A DNA stretch of 64,000 nt from Carcharhinus longimanus. Taxonomy: Eukaryota. The stretch covers positions 15,351,740-15,415,739 of the forward strand of contig JASCQW010000139.1 in the NCBI GenBank assembly GCA_030264375.1, in the 5' to 3' direction. Both the position numbers and the translations under genes were made by a program. Within the stretch, counting starts at the first letter, position 1. The number at the start of each line of letters is the position of its first letter. Of this stretch, positions 51,720 to 64,000 are shown one piece after another. Under the pieces are notes generated by a model that had not been told where the DNA came from, did no database searches, and saw nothing but the letters and a program-made list of their open reading frames with translations.

Positions 51720-53050
51720 GTAGATACAAGGAGCAGAGGAGAATGCAAGCTGCAGAGTACGCTGCTTTATTGATAGCAATTACTAGAATGAGAAGAGTGG
51801 CCCTTGATTGTTTGACCCCACATCCCTTTTCACCAATTGACAACTCCAGGAAAACGGGCCCTGCTTACTCTTGCTCCTCAGGGCAATGCAGGAAGTCTCA
51901 AGCCAATTCTGTGGAACAGCAAAATCCACAGGCATTTAGCGTGACCAAGGAATTTAGAAGATGCAGTTCATACATGGAGATGAGTAAAAGACTGTATCAC
52001 AAGCATCTTACTGCATCGTCTAGGGATGGGGTAGCTCACATTCTCCAGTTTCTCCATGAAGAACCCTTGTCACAAGGAAATGGAAGGCATCCCTTGCTGG
52101 TTGCTTATCACTGCGCTAAACCTGTTTGCTAGTGCATCCATCCAGGGCACCATTGGTGGCATGTAAGAGCGTAAGGAAGGTGACAGATGCCTTTTTCAAT
52201 AAAGCTCACCATCGCAACCAGCCCCACATAAATGATGCAAGTCAGGCTGCCAGATTTGCAGCGATCTCAGGTTTCCAATAAGTCCAACACATCATCAACT
52301 GCTCAAACATGGTCTGAGAGCTACCTGGCAGCGAGAGGTTCATTAATAGAAAGGAATTCACACTCTGAATGTTCAGCTAATTTGTGATCACAGCAAGCGG
52401 ATGCAGTATGTTTGTGTTAGGTACCCAGGATTCTCAGAACTCCTCCATTTTGAGTCACTTGCAGGTATCTTTGAGGGACTTCAATATTTGGAGGATTGGC
52501 TCCTCGATGACAAAGGGTACCTCCAGAAGACATGGCTAACGGCATGTGTTCATTGGCCAGAGTGTATCTGAGGAGATCTACAATGCAGCACATGCTGTCA
52601 CAAGTTTCCTAACAGATCAAACAATTGGTTTAAAGATACATAGACCAGTCAGACTCAGATGTGTGTTTGCTGCAGGAATGGCAAAGCAGGCACTCACTCA
52701 CGAATGAACAATACAGAGGCATCATCTTATTTGTAATCCCCAATAGGCCTTTGCACATCAGGGCACAGTGACTCTCCATCATGCACCCAAAGCTGCAAGG
52801 TTTCAAAGCAGGAATGGCCTACTCCTGCTTCTAGTTTCTATGTTTCACAATCTTGCACTGCAAAGTGGGCATGTCCAGAAGGAGACATTGAGGAACTCAT
52901 TGCCTTGGATGAGGAGGAAGTAGAAGAAAATGGCTAAGAAAAGGGTGAGCATTCAGGCAAGCCACATGAAGATGCCAGTGCAAGGGCATAACATGACAGA
53001 TGTGCCCGTGACAACCCCAAAGCTCCAAGATTCCATTAGGAAAAAGCCGA
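51720..53050 (+). mobile_element. PIF/Harbinger transposase remnant
   Basis: HILQFLHEEPLSQGNGRHPLLVA, FAAISGF, FINRK...LNVQLICDH...VRYPG, WLLDDKGY, VCC/HNLAL motifs; decayed. Confidence 0.8.
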
Positions 53051-54689
53051 TGACAAATATTGACTATCAAAGTTCTACAACAACACCTTCATTCTCAGCG
53101 TGAACATCTCAGAAAAGGTGAGACATCTCACCAAGATCAGAGAAGCAGTATGTCACCATATGCGCTCATGATGGGGTCATGCTTGGAAGAGACAGCAGCC
53201 TTGCGGACATGTGGTCACTGTGGAACGTGATTAGTATTCTATTAGCATATACATCCTGAAGCAATGTCATGTAGTGCTGTCCCTTCAACCATGACATCAC
53301 TAAGTCAGTGAACATGCCAGCTTTCAAGTGGCTGAAAAGCCAACGCATTCTTGGATATACTTATGTGTATGAAACTAGCTTAGCAAGCCAGCCTGAACAA
53401 ATAAAAACATTTGTCAGTGGTTTACCCTTCCAACGTTTCAGTGGGGAGCAGCATCTGGGGAACTTCATCTCTCCAATCGTCAGCTCTCACGAATGAATAA
53501 TAGAGGCATCATCTTATTTGTAACGCCCAACAGGTCTTTGCACATCAGGACACAGTGACTCTCCATCATGCACACAAAGCTGCAAGGTTTGTTTTCACAG
53601 GACCATGCTTCGATTATTTATGAACACTCAGGACTCTGCATTTGTCGGAAGACTGCTAAGTTTCTGTCTTGGATCATCTTTGCATTAGGGAGAAACATGG
53701 ATCAGTCAGTAGTGACACAGCAGTCAATGACAACTTCTTCCCTCCGCACACTTTGCTGAGGACTGAGATATGCAAAAGCATCATTTTAAGAGCATGACAG
53801 TCCTTGACATTGTCCACCTCACAAAAAACAATTTTTCCTATATACGTTAAGTCAATGGGTGCATTGTCATGCAATGAATACCATACCAATTGTGTGCTGT
53901 GTCCATATATAAGGTTCATGTAAGATATTGCCGAGCAGCCACCCAGGAGCAATGTCAGATCCTCGCAAGTAAGGAGATGGCTTCATCAAGATGAAAACAC
54001 ACATCTGACATCACAGACTCACGTCCAACTGCCAGACATTTGTAATATTCCCAACTGATTCTTAAATGCATGAGAAGAGTGGCGATCAGCCTTAAATGCA
54101 GAGACAATAAGGAGCTAGAGGCATGAAAGCCTATGGTGCTCGAAGTTTAACACTACCTTATAAAACAAACGCCATTGCAAAGAACATTTTGGAGAAATTA
54201 TTATAAAGTTCGTTGTGAGAAATACTTGTGCTATCCACAAAACAACAGACAGCAGTGCAATAGCAGTAGGATAATCAGCAACCTTGATGAGCAATTCTCC
54301 TAAACGCAAATGTTTGCCTTAGATTTAAGGATGACAGTAATATGGCCAACTATCAATGTCACATATGATGTGCCTTTGCTGATGTTGCAGATGCTGAAAT
54401 AGAAGCTGCGCACTGAGACTGCGTGAGAATTAATGCAACTGAAGTTTGAGCTGTGAGTTCATTGTGTGGGGCACATGTTTGACTCTTGAACGAATGCAGG
54501 ACCTTGAATCACAAAGATTAGCCATTGGATCCATGAGATCTGGAGACAGATTAATGTAAAATATATTGATAGAATGAAAAGTATGTACAATGAGTGAACG
54601 TCAGTGCCACCAGTGCATNNNNNNNNNNNNNNNNNNNNNNNNNCTGTTATATCTAGATGTGGCTTGACATCTGCAGCAGAGGTGTAGGC

Positions 54690-55530
54690 AGCTTGCTGAT
54701 GACTGTTCTCTGAGCTTACTTTGGCAGGTGTCCTCTGGTAACCAGAGATCTTGAGGGCCACAGTCTTCTAAAATTTTCCTGTTCTGCAGCAGATGCGCGT
54801 TCCTAGTATAATCTGTTAGAGTTGATGGGGTCATTGGTAGAAGGGAACTACGAGTGGCAAAGCACTCTTGGAGTGCCCTGGGTGGGTGCCCATGGGTCTC
54901 TAGCTCGTACTCCTCCTCCTTTTGGATTCCCGACATCTCCATAAATCCTTGAGGAGAAGCAGCACCTGGAGATTAGTTGAGTTGCCCAGTCCCCCGCTAG
55001 CCTAGCTACTGCTAGATTACATCCATGCCTAGAGCAAACATGTGCAGGACTGAGTACAATCCAGCAGAAATCTCTGGACTTGGTTCTCAAGGCAGCTGCC
55101 ACTCTTCCAATGGAGACTTCCATGCGCTCAAATGCCGAAGCCATAACATCAGGCAGAGTGTGGACAGACTCCTCCATTCTTCGTTCCAGTCTGCCTGATG
55201 TTCCAATTTGTCTGTTTCTGCACCTCCAACATTTCTCTTAGAGCCAATTCTAGAGGCTTATCATCAGACTCAGCAGGGGCCAGATCTCCAGCAGTTGTCC
55301 GCATGTCAGAGACCTCAGCTGTCACTACCTCCACTAGCTGTGAGATGATCATCAGATTGTGAACCTAAACCTATTCTAGAATTAGGTCCCACCGAGGTGC
55401 ATATATCTGAACTGGTGGAGGATGTAGGTGAACACAATGATGGTTCTTCATCGGATGGTTGATTTGCTCTTTTAGCAGAAATAATCTGGGGGCTGGAGAA
55501 GGATGTTCTTTTTTTTATTGTTAGTATCTG
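54690..55530 (-). mobile_element. Decayed ORF convergent on the transposase; possible Harbinger second ORF
   Basis: Consecutive ORF fragments at 55149-55352 and 54848-55177 of low-complexity or coiled-coil style; TIR-like aaaattccaccc near 56642-56653; no Myb motif directly visible. Confidence 0.4.
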
Positions 55531-57023
55531 GAATAGAGAAGATTACTCAGCAGGCTTATACACTCGAGATTGTTTTAAGGATTTGTTTAGTAGGTGTCAC
55601 AGAAAGGGTGAGGCTTTTAAGGTTGAACAGTAGTGGTTATCGGTAACATAATTATTTATTTACGTACAAAGTATAGTCCAGAGTATGAGCCAATTCCATG
55701 CTTACTTCTCTACAAGTTTGCATACTCTTAGTCTGACTCATCCTTGCCATGGCTCTACATTATACAGCGGGTGGTATTGTTTTCCAGTCTCACATTAACC
55801 CTTGCTATGTCAAACATTCTAACAGATCACTCAGTTATTTGTCTGGATGTTGTTGATGTATGCTAGATGTACCCCTCACTGGCCAGTGAGGGGGCTGATC
55901 TTATGTTCCACATGAGAAGGATCAATTCTGTCATTTGTTCCTTGAATGTGGAGTGTCCTCAAATCTGGGGTCAGCCCTCCCATCTTGACTCTCTCCCTTT
56001 TGTTACGGGAGATCTTGTCCTGCATAAAAACAAATAGATTGACTGTGCACATTATGGATGAAAGAGCAGTTCAAATGCAGGCGTGCCTGTTGTGTCTGCT
56101 GAGCCCTCCCCGGTAAGGGATTAAGACGCAGGATCTTGCATGATTCTCCGCCAGCATTTAAAGTAGTTAGCAGATTATCAGTGCTGATGTCCCATCTGCT
56201 GGTAATGTATGACATCGTTATGGATTCTAACTCTTAGATTGCCTGATGCCCTTTTGTGAGCGTGAGCTTGGGGTAGAAGTTTAACTACACTGGCAGAGCA
56301 GATCGTTCATTCTTTTGTCTTTTCTGGAGAGCCTGGAGGAGAATCCTCAGGGAGGCTTTGCTGAAATGTGGTGCTGATGGTTCGGTTTTTATTGGTGCCT
56401 GAAGGGCAATAGAACACTGAGTGTCCGGGGTACTGTTTAAATATACCAGAATCTTCGACCCTGAGAAAAAACAGTGGGGAAGACGAATCCCTGCTCACCC
56501 TGCCAAGAGATTGGCCAAGCTTCTCGCTGGTGCATAATTAATCAGCAGAATAGTGAAGATCATGCGTGTTCAGCTGTCCCACTGCCCAGTGGAAATCACA
56601 CCAACCTTCCTGCCTGCTACTGCACTTAGTCTTCAGAATGGAAAATTCCACCCTATGATACAAATAACATATATCTAATATATTGGCCAAAATACTCTGG
56701 CTGTTCCCACCACCGGGATCTTCCATTTCTGCCAACAAGATCCCCTCTATAGGATCCCTGGCGACAGATGGTACAAACAACAGGTTAATGTATTGACAGC
56801 GACAGGACTGGAAGATCCTGCTGTTGGGCACTGGCAGGCTGCCTCTGGAAAACACGCTGGGGAGTGGGCAGAATATCCTGCTGATTGTGTTTCGTGTTGT
56901 TTTGAAAAATTAGTTATTTCTGCTTTGAGTCACTGTTACAAACTATGTTACATAAAATGCCACATTATTTACAGTAATGGCCTTGATCCATATGTAAACA
57001 TATAAAATTATTGTATTCTGTAC

Positions 57024-57104
57024 CTGAGTTCCAGTCCTCAATCTAGTTACTGGGGCATGGATTTTTATCCCTTTTAGCTGAATCACTTCTACAGTCACTT
57101 CATC
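57024..57104 (-). CDS. NUP210L: NUP210L coding exon 4 of 18 (81 nt)
   Basis: aag|GAT...CAG|gtacag; DEVTVEVIQLKGIKIHAPVTRLRTGTQ. Confidence 0.9.
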
Positions 57105-57955
57105 CTTTTGTCAAAACATAAAACTCCAGTTACTCTTAAGAGGAATCTTATATTTGTATAGCCCTTTGGAAGCTGTTGATTGATGTATGTAGCTTTAAAG
57201 TACACATACATCCCAGCCTTCTGAAAAAAAACTGCTTGTACACTATTTAAAAAGCAAACAAGTCAGTGCATTAGATGGGCACAAAATGACTACAGCACTT
57301 GTAGAAAAAAGTTAGTCACCTTCACTTACATAATTATTTTTAGGTCTTCATCAAAATCTAAAACATTTAAATGAGAACAGCTTCAGTTTTCAAATAAAAC
57401 CTACAAAGTAACTGTGGAACACAAACCTCTACCCCCACCCAACCCCCACCTGTTGCCCCAGCAGTGGCCACTGCTCACAGTGATACTGCTGAGATGCAGA
57501 CCTGTTTAACAAGCAACTAGCCGGTAACTCCATGACAAGACTTTGTTCAGAGTGAGCAGTGGATGTTCCACCTCTAGGTTGTCAGAGGGCTGACTTTGGT
57601 GGGGGGGAGGGAATGTGTTCCCCACCAACTTTTCAGGTGACCAGGTGGGACATTCCATTAAATTTTGTTCAATAAGTACAGCAAACAGTTTGAATAAACA
57701 TCATTCCTCAAACACACGGGTTGGAATTCTCAAGCTGTCCATGCCGGTGGTGAGGCCAGAGAATCCCATCCTTAAATTTTGGGCAGAAAACATTAAGTCT
57801 CACACTTATGTAATACACTGAAATGGCAGAGGATGAATATCTAATCCAATCTCCCATTATCCAGCATAAATTTTGGAAGGTAAATCTTAAAAGCTTTAAA
57901 GGAACTCATCTTTTATCTGTTCTTTCTTTTACAGCAGATCTCTGTCACAAATTAT

Positions 57956-58058
57956 GGCTGGGATTCTCCGATCCCGCTGCAGTGAATGGAGATTCAACCG
58001 AGCACCAAATTCTCAGTTCTCGTTGACAGCGGTGGTGGGGTGCAGGAGAATCCCGGCC
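57956..58058. mobile_element. MITE
   Basis: 14-bp TIRs ggctgggattctcc / ggagaatcccggcc. Confidence 0.7.
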
Positions 58059-58966
58059 TAGATGTTGTGTTTATAAAGTTGATCTCCAAAATCTACAATG
58101 GGTTTCAAACATTTCTTATTTCTATTCATTAGAAATTACCATGCGAAGTTTTCACATCAAGGTAAAATAGACTTAACATGATAGCTAAAACACAGAATTG
58201 AAGATTGAGCACATTACTTATTCAAATTCAGACATCCTCCCTCTGCCATGGTCGTCAGAAAAATTGCTCCACAACACTGACTCCTTTTCCCCACCACAGG
58301 CATTCTTAAGGCCAACCGGCGACATTTTGACAACCACTGGATGGGAAGGTGATTGTTTTATTAATTAAGTTAAATATTACATGTGTAATTTTGCCAGAAT
58401 AAATAATAACAAATCATCATTTAAACAAATTTTATCATTCTTAATGTAAAACTGCAAGAATGTTTCAAGAATCAAAAGTGTAATAATAACTCAGGAAGCC
58501 AATTGGAAAGGAATGGTGTTTTATTTCATAAAACAAAAGTAAACGACAAGCTTGTGGTGCATGTATACAAATCCTATCTGGGATGACAGAATTATGCATC
58601 TGCTCAGAAGCCCTTTTATAAAGGACTTGGGATATGAGTTTCACCTGTTTTGGTAATTACCTATCACCACAGGAACTTGTATTCCATGAGTCCCACTGCG
58701 AGATCAACCAGGAATTCCTTATGCAATTCCTTGGGGTTATCACAAGAAGTTGGAAAATCTTTCTATAACTACTGATTTTTTTTTTGGTAGGAATTCACAA
58801 AACCAGAGACAGTAAATGTAAACCTCATTAATTTGCTTTTGATTGGCAAAAATGACAAGAAGCCTTTGATGCATGAAACCAATAGCCCTTATTTCATGAG
58901 CCAAATTAAAAGTGGGATCTTTGGGTGGAAGTCTATAGCAGACTCAATGGCAAAAAGTAATATTAC

Positions 58967-59146
58967 CTTAGAGAAAACAACCACCCTTCCTGTGTCATCG
59001 TCGACAGCTTGGACAATACCAGTCACTTTTGCGGTTCCCACCACCAAGGCAGTCAGCTGCCCTAATTCATTTACCTTGGCAATGGTGTTATTATTAATTG
59101 AGAAATAAATATTTGACTGTGGTTGTGGACCACCTTCAGACATCAC
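58967..59146 (-). CDS. NUP210L: NUP210L coding exon 3 of 18 (180 nt)
   Basis: cag|GTG...AAG|gtaat; VMSEGGPQPQSNIYFSINNNTIAKVNELGQLTALVVGTAKVTGIVQAVDDDTGRVVVFSK. Confidence 0.95.
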
Positions 59147-59697
59147 CTGCAATCAATTGCAACACATGGATTAGAAAATGCTAATTTTCTTTATGAAACA
59201 AAGCTTGTAATCAACACCTCTCAAAATAAAAGAATGTTCATTACTTTTCAGATGAAATTTTTTTCCCCAGATATTTTCACAACAGATTTAGCTTACTGCT
59301 TTCTCATACGTGCAATTGACTCTGGGACATGCATGTGTAAACAACATTAGTTTAAAGGATACAGGAGATAATTCCTCACAAGTTTTCTCTTTGTGAATTT
59401 ATTTACTTCCCCATCTTTATATCTTATTGCCAACAAATCTATTTCCAGCCCATTCAGAGGCAGCAGAATTCCTCCTGTAATTCCACCATTCTTGATTTTT
59501 ACTTTAATTTCCCTTTGCTATTGAGTGATTAGATTCTAAATGGTGCTGATCTCTGATGGTAAAAGATTAGAAATAATGGGAGAGGTGGCAATGAATCAAT
59601 GTTTTGTTGCTGTTTGGATCACTGCCATTTTTTGCTTTAATACAACAGCATACTGGGTGGAAAAAGTTACCTTTCTATACTTGCATATTCTGTACAA

Positions 59698-60000
59698 GGA
59701 GGCCTCATGGCACAGTAGATAGAGTTCCTGCTTCTGAGCCAGAAACTCTGGGTTCAAATACCATTCCAGGGCTTTATGGCCAAAGAAGGTACGTTCATAC
59801 CATAATCAAAGAGATTGACCATCAGTTTGCAAATCCTTCCAATCAACAGTACAGCAACATTCTTATGTAATATGTAATGGGAGAGATTCCTGGTCAGCCA
59901 TGTGATGGAAAGAAATTGCAGCCCCTTTCTTCACTATCCATAGCTCCAAGCTACAACATGCATGTAGAAGTCTATGTTGCCACAACAACTTGGATTCCTT
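59698..60000 (+). mobile_element. tRNA-derived SINE; a second SINE-like head follows at about 60003-60150
   Basis: tggcacagtagatagag...gggttcaaatacc A/B boxes; head similar to the minus-strand fragment at 19129-19203. Confidence 0.5.
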
Positions 60001-60944
60001 TTGGGGACGAGTTGGCTCAGTAGACTGGACAGCCAGTGTGGATTAGATTGATGCCAATAGCACAGGATTTGATCCACGTTCCAGCTAGGAGGGATTCAGG
60101 ACCTGCCTTCTTATCCGAACTGTAGTGGAGATCATGGTGCTTTGGGTCAGACCCACCTTGTGAACTGAAGAAGAATATTCTGTTTGCATATCAGGAGCCC
60201 TTTAATAAATTCTGGTACTTCTTGATATAGAAACATGTAAAATTTAAATGTTGTTCTCTTTGAATCAAATTTAGAAATATAATTCTGAGATGAATTGCAT
60301 TCACTAATTTAAATAATGTATACTGTTCTACAAAAGGCCATTCACCTTATAGCACAGATAATAGCACTACATACAATAATCAGTGAAGATTTTGCTGATG
60401 ATTGTTAGAAGAATATATTTGGATATGTTAAAAAATATCACTATAATCACCTCAGTATTCAGTAGTTAACATGCTTACTTCAGAATTGCTTGATTGTTCT
60501 CAGACCTCATAATGGGCTTTGCTGGGTCTTAGCTAATTTGTGATTTGAACTATCATACAATAAAGACATTTAGGGCTAATGAAGGACATTTTGTGAATGC
60601 TATGTTACATTTCAGTAGTTCAATAACCAAACAAATGCATGGGAGGCACAAAGGTAAGTTGAATAAATTAGAGCCATCTCAATTAATATCAATAATTTTC
60701 TCAAAAATGGAACTGAGGTCAGCCAAAGCAAATCTTCTAGTGGCTCCAAGCAGGTATAAAGCGCAATTCTAAACCTACTAACATCAATTTCCCATTTAAC
60801 AAGACAAAAATAAGGCCACTACAGTATGTACGAAAACCAATATATAATGTTGTGCAGTTTTTTCAGAGCATTATTTTTAATATTTTATATAATTTACACT
60901 GTGCATCCCAAGTTCATCATAAGGTTCTCAATTATTAAGACCAT

Positions 60945-61061
60945 GGCCAGAATTTTCCACTAGTTCACATCCCACTGCCATTGCAAGAGAAGACAGAGAA
61001 TCCCTTCACTGCAGCAGAACTAGAGAAACTCGCCAGTGTGAACAGCTGGAAAATTCCAGTC
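60945..61061. mobile_element. MITE with 3-bp TSD
   Basis: TIRs ggccagaattttcc / ggaaaattccagtc, with cat on both flanks. Confidence 0.7.
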
Positions 61062-61213
61062 CATATCTGTTATAAATGTACATTGGCTTCTAGTCTTTTT
61101 TATGTTGATTTTATGCTATAATTCAGAAAATATTTGGCCCCCATGGAATAGCAGTGTTCTTAAATCCTCTAGTCATGCAATAAGAAAACACGTATGAACT
61201 TATGTTTACTAAC

Positions 61214-61276
61214 CTGCATCATGCCACCAATGATCAATGTCACTTTCCGTGGGATTAATCTAAAAGGTGGGAAAAT
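61214..61276 (-). CDS. NUP210L: NUP210L coding exon 2 of 18 (63 nt)
   Basis: cag|ATT...CAG|gttag; IFPPFRLIPRKVTLIIGGMMQ matches the gp210-family FPPFRL motif. Confidence 0.93.
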
Positions 61277-62150
61277 CTGAAGCCAATGTAAATTATAGGT
61301 TAGCATCACATGAGCAATCTTATAAATCCTCATTTAACTTTTTTTTAAACGCACAAATAAACTTGCACACAACATGTACGAATGTATTAACCCATGTTAC
61401 TAATTTAGAAAACAACATGGCTCCATGATTGACACAAAAGCAAAATACTGCAAAGGCTGGACATCTGAATAAAAACAAAAAACTGCTGGAAATACTCAAA
61501 GGTTACGCTGTATCTGTGGACAAGAACAGATTTGATGGCCAGAGTTTTATCACCTTGCAGAATGGATTTTTCCAGTGGCCTTTGGCGGGATTTTACGAGC
61601 CTCGCCCGAGTGAGGTTATAACATCCTGGCCGACATTTCAGGGTGGGGTGATCTCTCATCAGAATTTCAGAGTTAAGAGGGGCAAGAGTGCAGTGCTCAA
61701 GCTCTATTCTTCAGCATGTTACTCAGCAACATTTCTGTCCCTTTCCCGTGGCCTATGGCCAGTATTCCCCCAAGCAAGGAAACTGTATGCTGCGTGGGAC
61801 CCTGATTCCCACCATTATTTACATGATTTGGGTAATGAAAGAACAGCCAGCAGTTTATGTACCAGAAGGAAAATTTCTGGCAGGCCTCCTCGGTTTATTT
61901 TCTCACTGCTTCTATATTCCCCCCAACTTGGGATAGTACATTAAGAAAAATCAACACTTTGACACAAATATTCCCATAGTACACAAGCACTGCTACTTTA
62001 CTGTTCAGGGAAAGCATCATTCTATTGAAATTGTCCAGTATGTCCTCAGGGTGTTCAAATCCATTAGTGTTTGCATTGCGTTTAAATTAAATACATATAT
62101 GTCAATGCTGGCTAACTCGTATTCATGATAATAAAAGGAAACAAACTCAC

Positions 62151-62283
62151 TTCAATCTGACGTGGGGCAGAGCTCAACTTTCGACCATTTTTGTCTCTAA
62201 CAGTTGCCACAAGAGTGGTTTGACCCAAAGCCACAGCTCTAATTAAGTAACTTGCAGCATATTTATCTAAATCAGTAATTGTT
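62151..62283 (-). CDS. NUP210L: NUP210L coding exon 1 of 18 in window (133 nt, phase 2 to 0)
   Basis: tttcag|A...GAA|gtgagt; TITDLDKYAASYLIRAVALGQTTLVATVRDKNGRKLSSAPRQIE, gp210-family Ig-like region. Upstream exons lie outside the window. Confidence 0.9.
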
Positions 62284-63261
62284 CTGAAAATGAAAACATT
62301 TGTGAAAATGCTGTGATTTATGAAATATCTCGTAAATATTTACGATTATTATAAATTATTCTAGCATAATGCTTAACACCAAAATTCTTCTTCAGTTTGG
62401 ATAAGTCCAGAGTTTGGATCTCTCCACATTAAATAACCTCCAAAGCACACAACATTCCCAAGCTAAGAAAATCAACTGATGTGCTGGTTATATGCAAAAT
62501 CATCCTTATCCCTTCCCGTTCCAATATGAATTCCATCTTTAATCAATTGCAAATTGGGAGATTTGAAAATGGGATCATGTTCAGCTGTTGGGGGACTTGC
62601 CTGTTGGCTGAGAGCTGAAGAGAGATCTGTGCTGTCTCTTTATAGCAAGGCCCACTGCACCACAAAGCAGTGGTGAGGCCAGCTGCAGGCCTTCCTCCGG
62701 AATCAAGACCCCAGGTGCAGAGGTCTAACCTACTGAAAGCTGCTAGCCACTGGAGGTGACAAGATGGCTGCACAGTTCTACCTGTTGTGCATTCTGTATG
62801 TCAACAGGCCTATCCACCACTGGGTTAATTCTAGCATCTGTGAGATGGAGCTCTTAAGTGGTCATTAATTAGCAATTTAACAACTGCAACGGGCAGCAGG
62901 GAGGGAAGGTCAACAATGGGCCTTCCCACCAAGAAATTAATTCTAGTACAAATGATGGGTTCTGGTTCCCTAACATTCAACTGCATGCCCTTCCCATTAC
63001 CAAGCTCTCCACCAGCAAGAGCAGAAGATTTTGTCTGTGTATACAACTACAGGGCTTCCATAAATTCCAATCCAATTTTCAACATTTATTAAGTATGTCT
63101 CTTCAGGTTGAACTCCGACAAAGAATTACTGGATCATATCCGATAAATGGTGAGGAAAAAAAATCTATCAAGCACGTATATTGGAATTGAGAGCAGAATC
63201 TCTCAAAATGCAGTCAATGGGTAAAGCTTCCCACTGGCATAACAAATCCAGCAAATTTCAT

Positions 63262-63507
63262 CAATATTGCTATTCTTATTCTTATCCCTTAGCTCTTTTT
63301 ATCTTCCTCATCCTTATCTTTTATTTTTGTTTGCCTTCTCTATATCTCCATCGCTCTTTTTCACTTGTTTTTACTCTTTCATTTTCCTTGACTTGTTATT
63401 TTTCTCACATTTTTCATTTATGCTACCTGTTTTCCCCTCCTGTAGGTTCCTTTATTTCTTTTCTTTCTCATTTTACACTTTACTTCTAGACCTTCCCTTT
63501 ATTACCT
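63262..63507. repeat. T/C-rich low-complexity tract
   Basis: About 245 bp almost devoid of G on the plus strand. Confidence 0.7.
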
Positions 63508-64000
63508 AAAATGAGATAGACCTGGTCACTGTGTATTAGTACCACCAATCCTGTCCAGTGGGTGAATAGGATGAGAGTCAGTCTATGGGAAAAGACAGTT
63601 TTTAAGGTAGCTGATCAGGAGCCAGATAGCAGGCAGACCAGNNNNNNNNNNNNNNNNNNNNCTTGAGAACTCCAATATTACTAAGTAGTGAAAGTTAATA
63701 TCAAGCTATATAGCTACTGCTGCAGACGAATGTTTTTATACAACAACAAACAAATTGCAAAAGGATGGGATTTTGTGACCCTGGCGCTCTGGTTTCTGTC
63801 ATGACAAATGCCACAAGCCAGCCAAAGGTTCGGTGACATGGGTGAGACCTGAAGATGCTGTCTCTGTTAGCCAGAAAATAATGATCTTTGAAAGAAATAT
63901 GAATTTTAGCTCTGATATTTTTGGTTCGTCTTTTTAAAATGCCATTTTCAAACAATTACACCATCTGAATTTTGCTCAATACTTACTCTAAGGTGACAAT

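Noticed and set aside
61429-61944. 171-aa plus-strand ORF
   Set aside because: Non-ATG start, crosses repeat-derived fragments, no recognisable domain.
63181-63509. Hydrophobic Phe/Leu-rich ORFs
   Set aside because: By-product of a T/C-rich low-complexity tract.

Overview
Eukaryotic genomic DNA from a draft assembly with several N gaps. It is very likely a shark or other elasmobranch, judged from HE1/V-SINE-type SINEs and CR1-type LINE tails. The window holds the last 18 coding exons of NUP210L (gp210 paralogue) on the minus strand, 62283 to 1775. They join in frame into 846 codons plus stop and include the transmembrane helix and a tail ending LQSWLWSVR; the 5' part of the gene lies beyond the window end. 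Introns are full of decayed mobile elements: CR1 and Rex/Babar LINEs, tRNA-derived SINEs, a Gypsy pol remnant, three PIF/Harbinger transposase remnants with related MITEs, a hAT-like element and a Penelope-like palindrome. The main surprise is one intact class II GLUT (SLC2A9-like) exon with both splice sites at 20998-21122, on the same strand inside a NUP210L intron. If spliced in, it would stop translation before the transmembrane domain. Also noted: a GC-AG intron, a splice donor overlapping a LINE tail, and a templated chimeric insertion in a Harbinger transposase. Protein and repeat family assignments are from memory, not from database searches.
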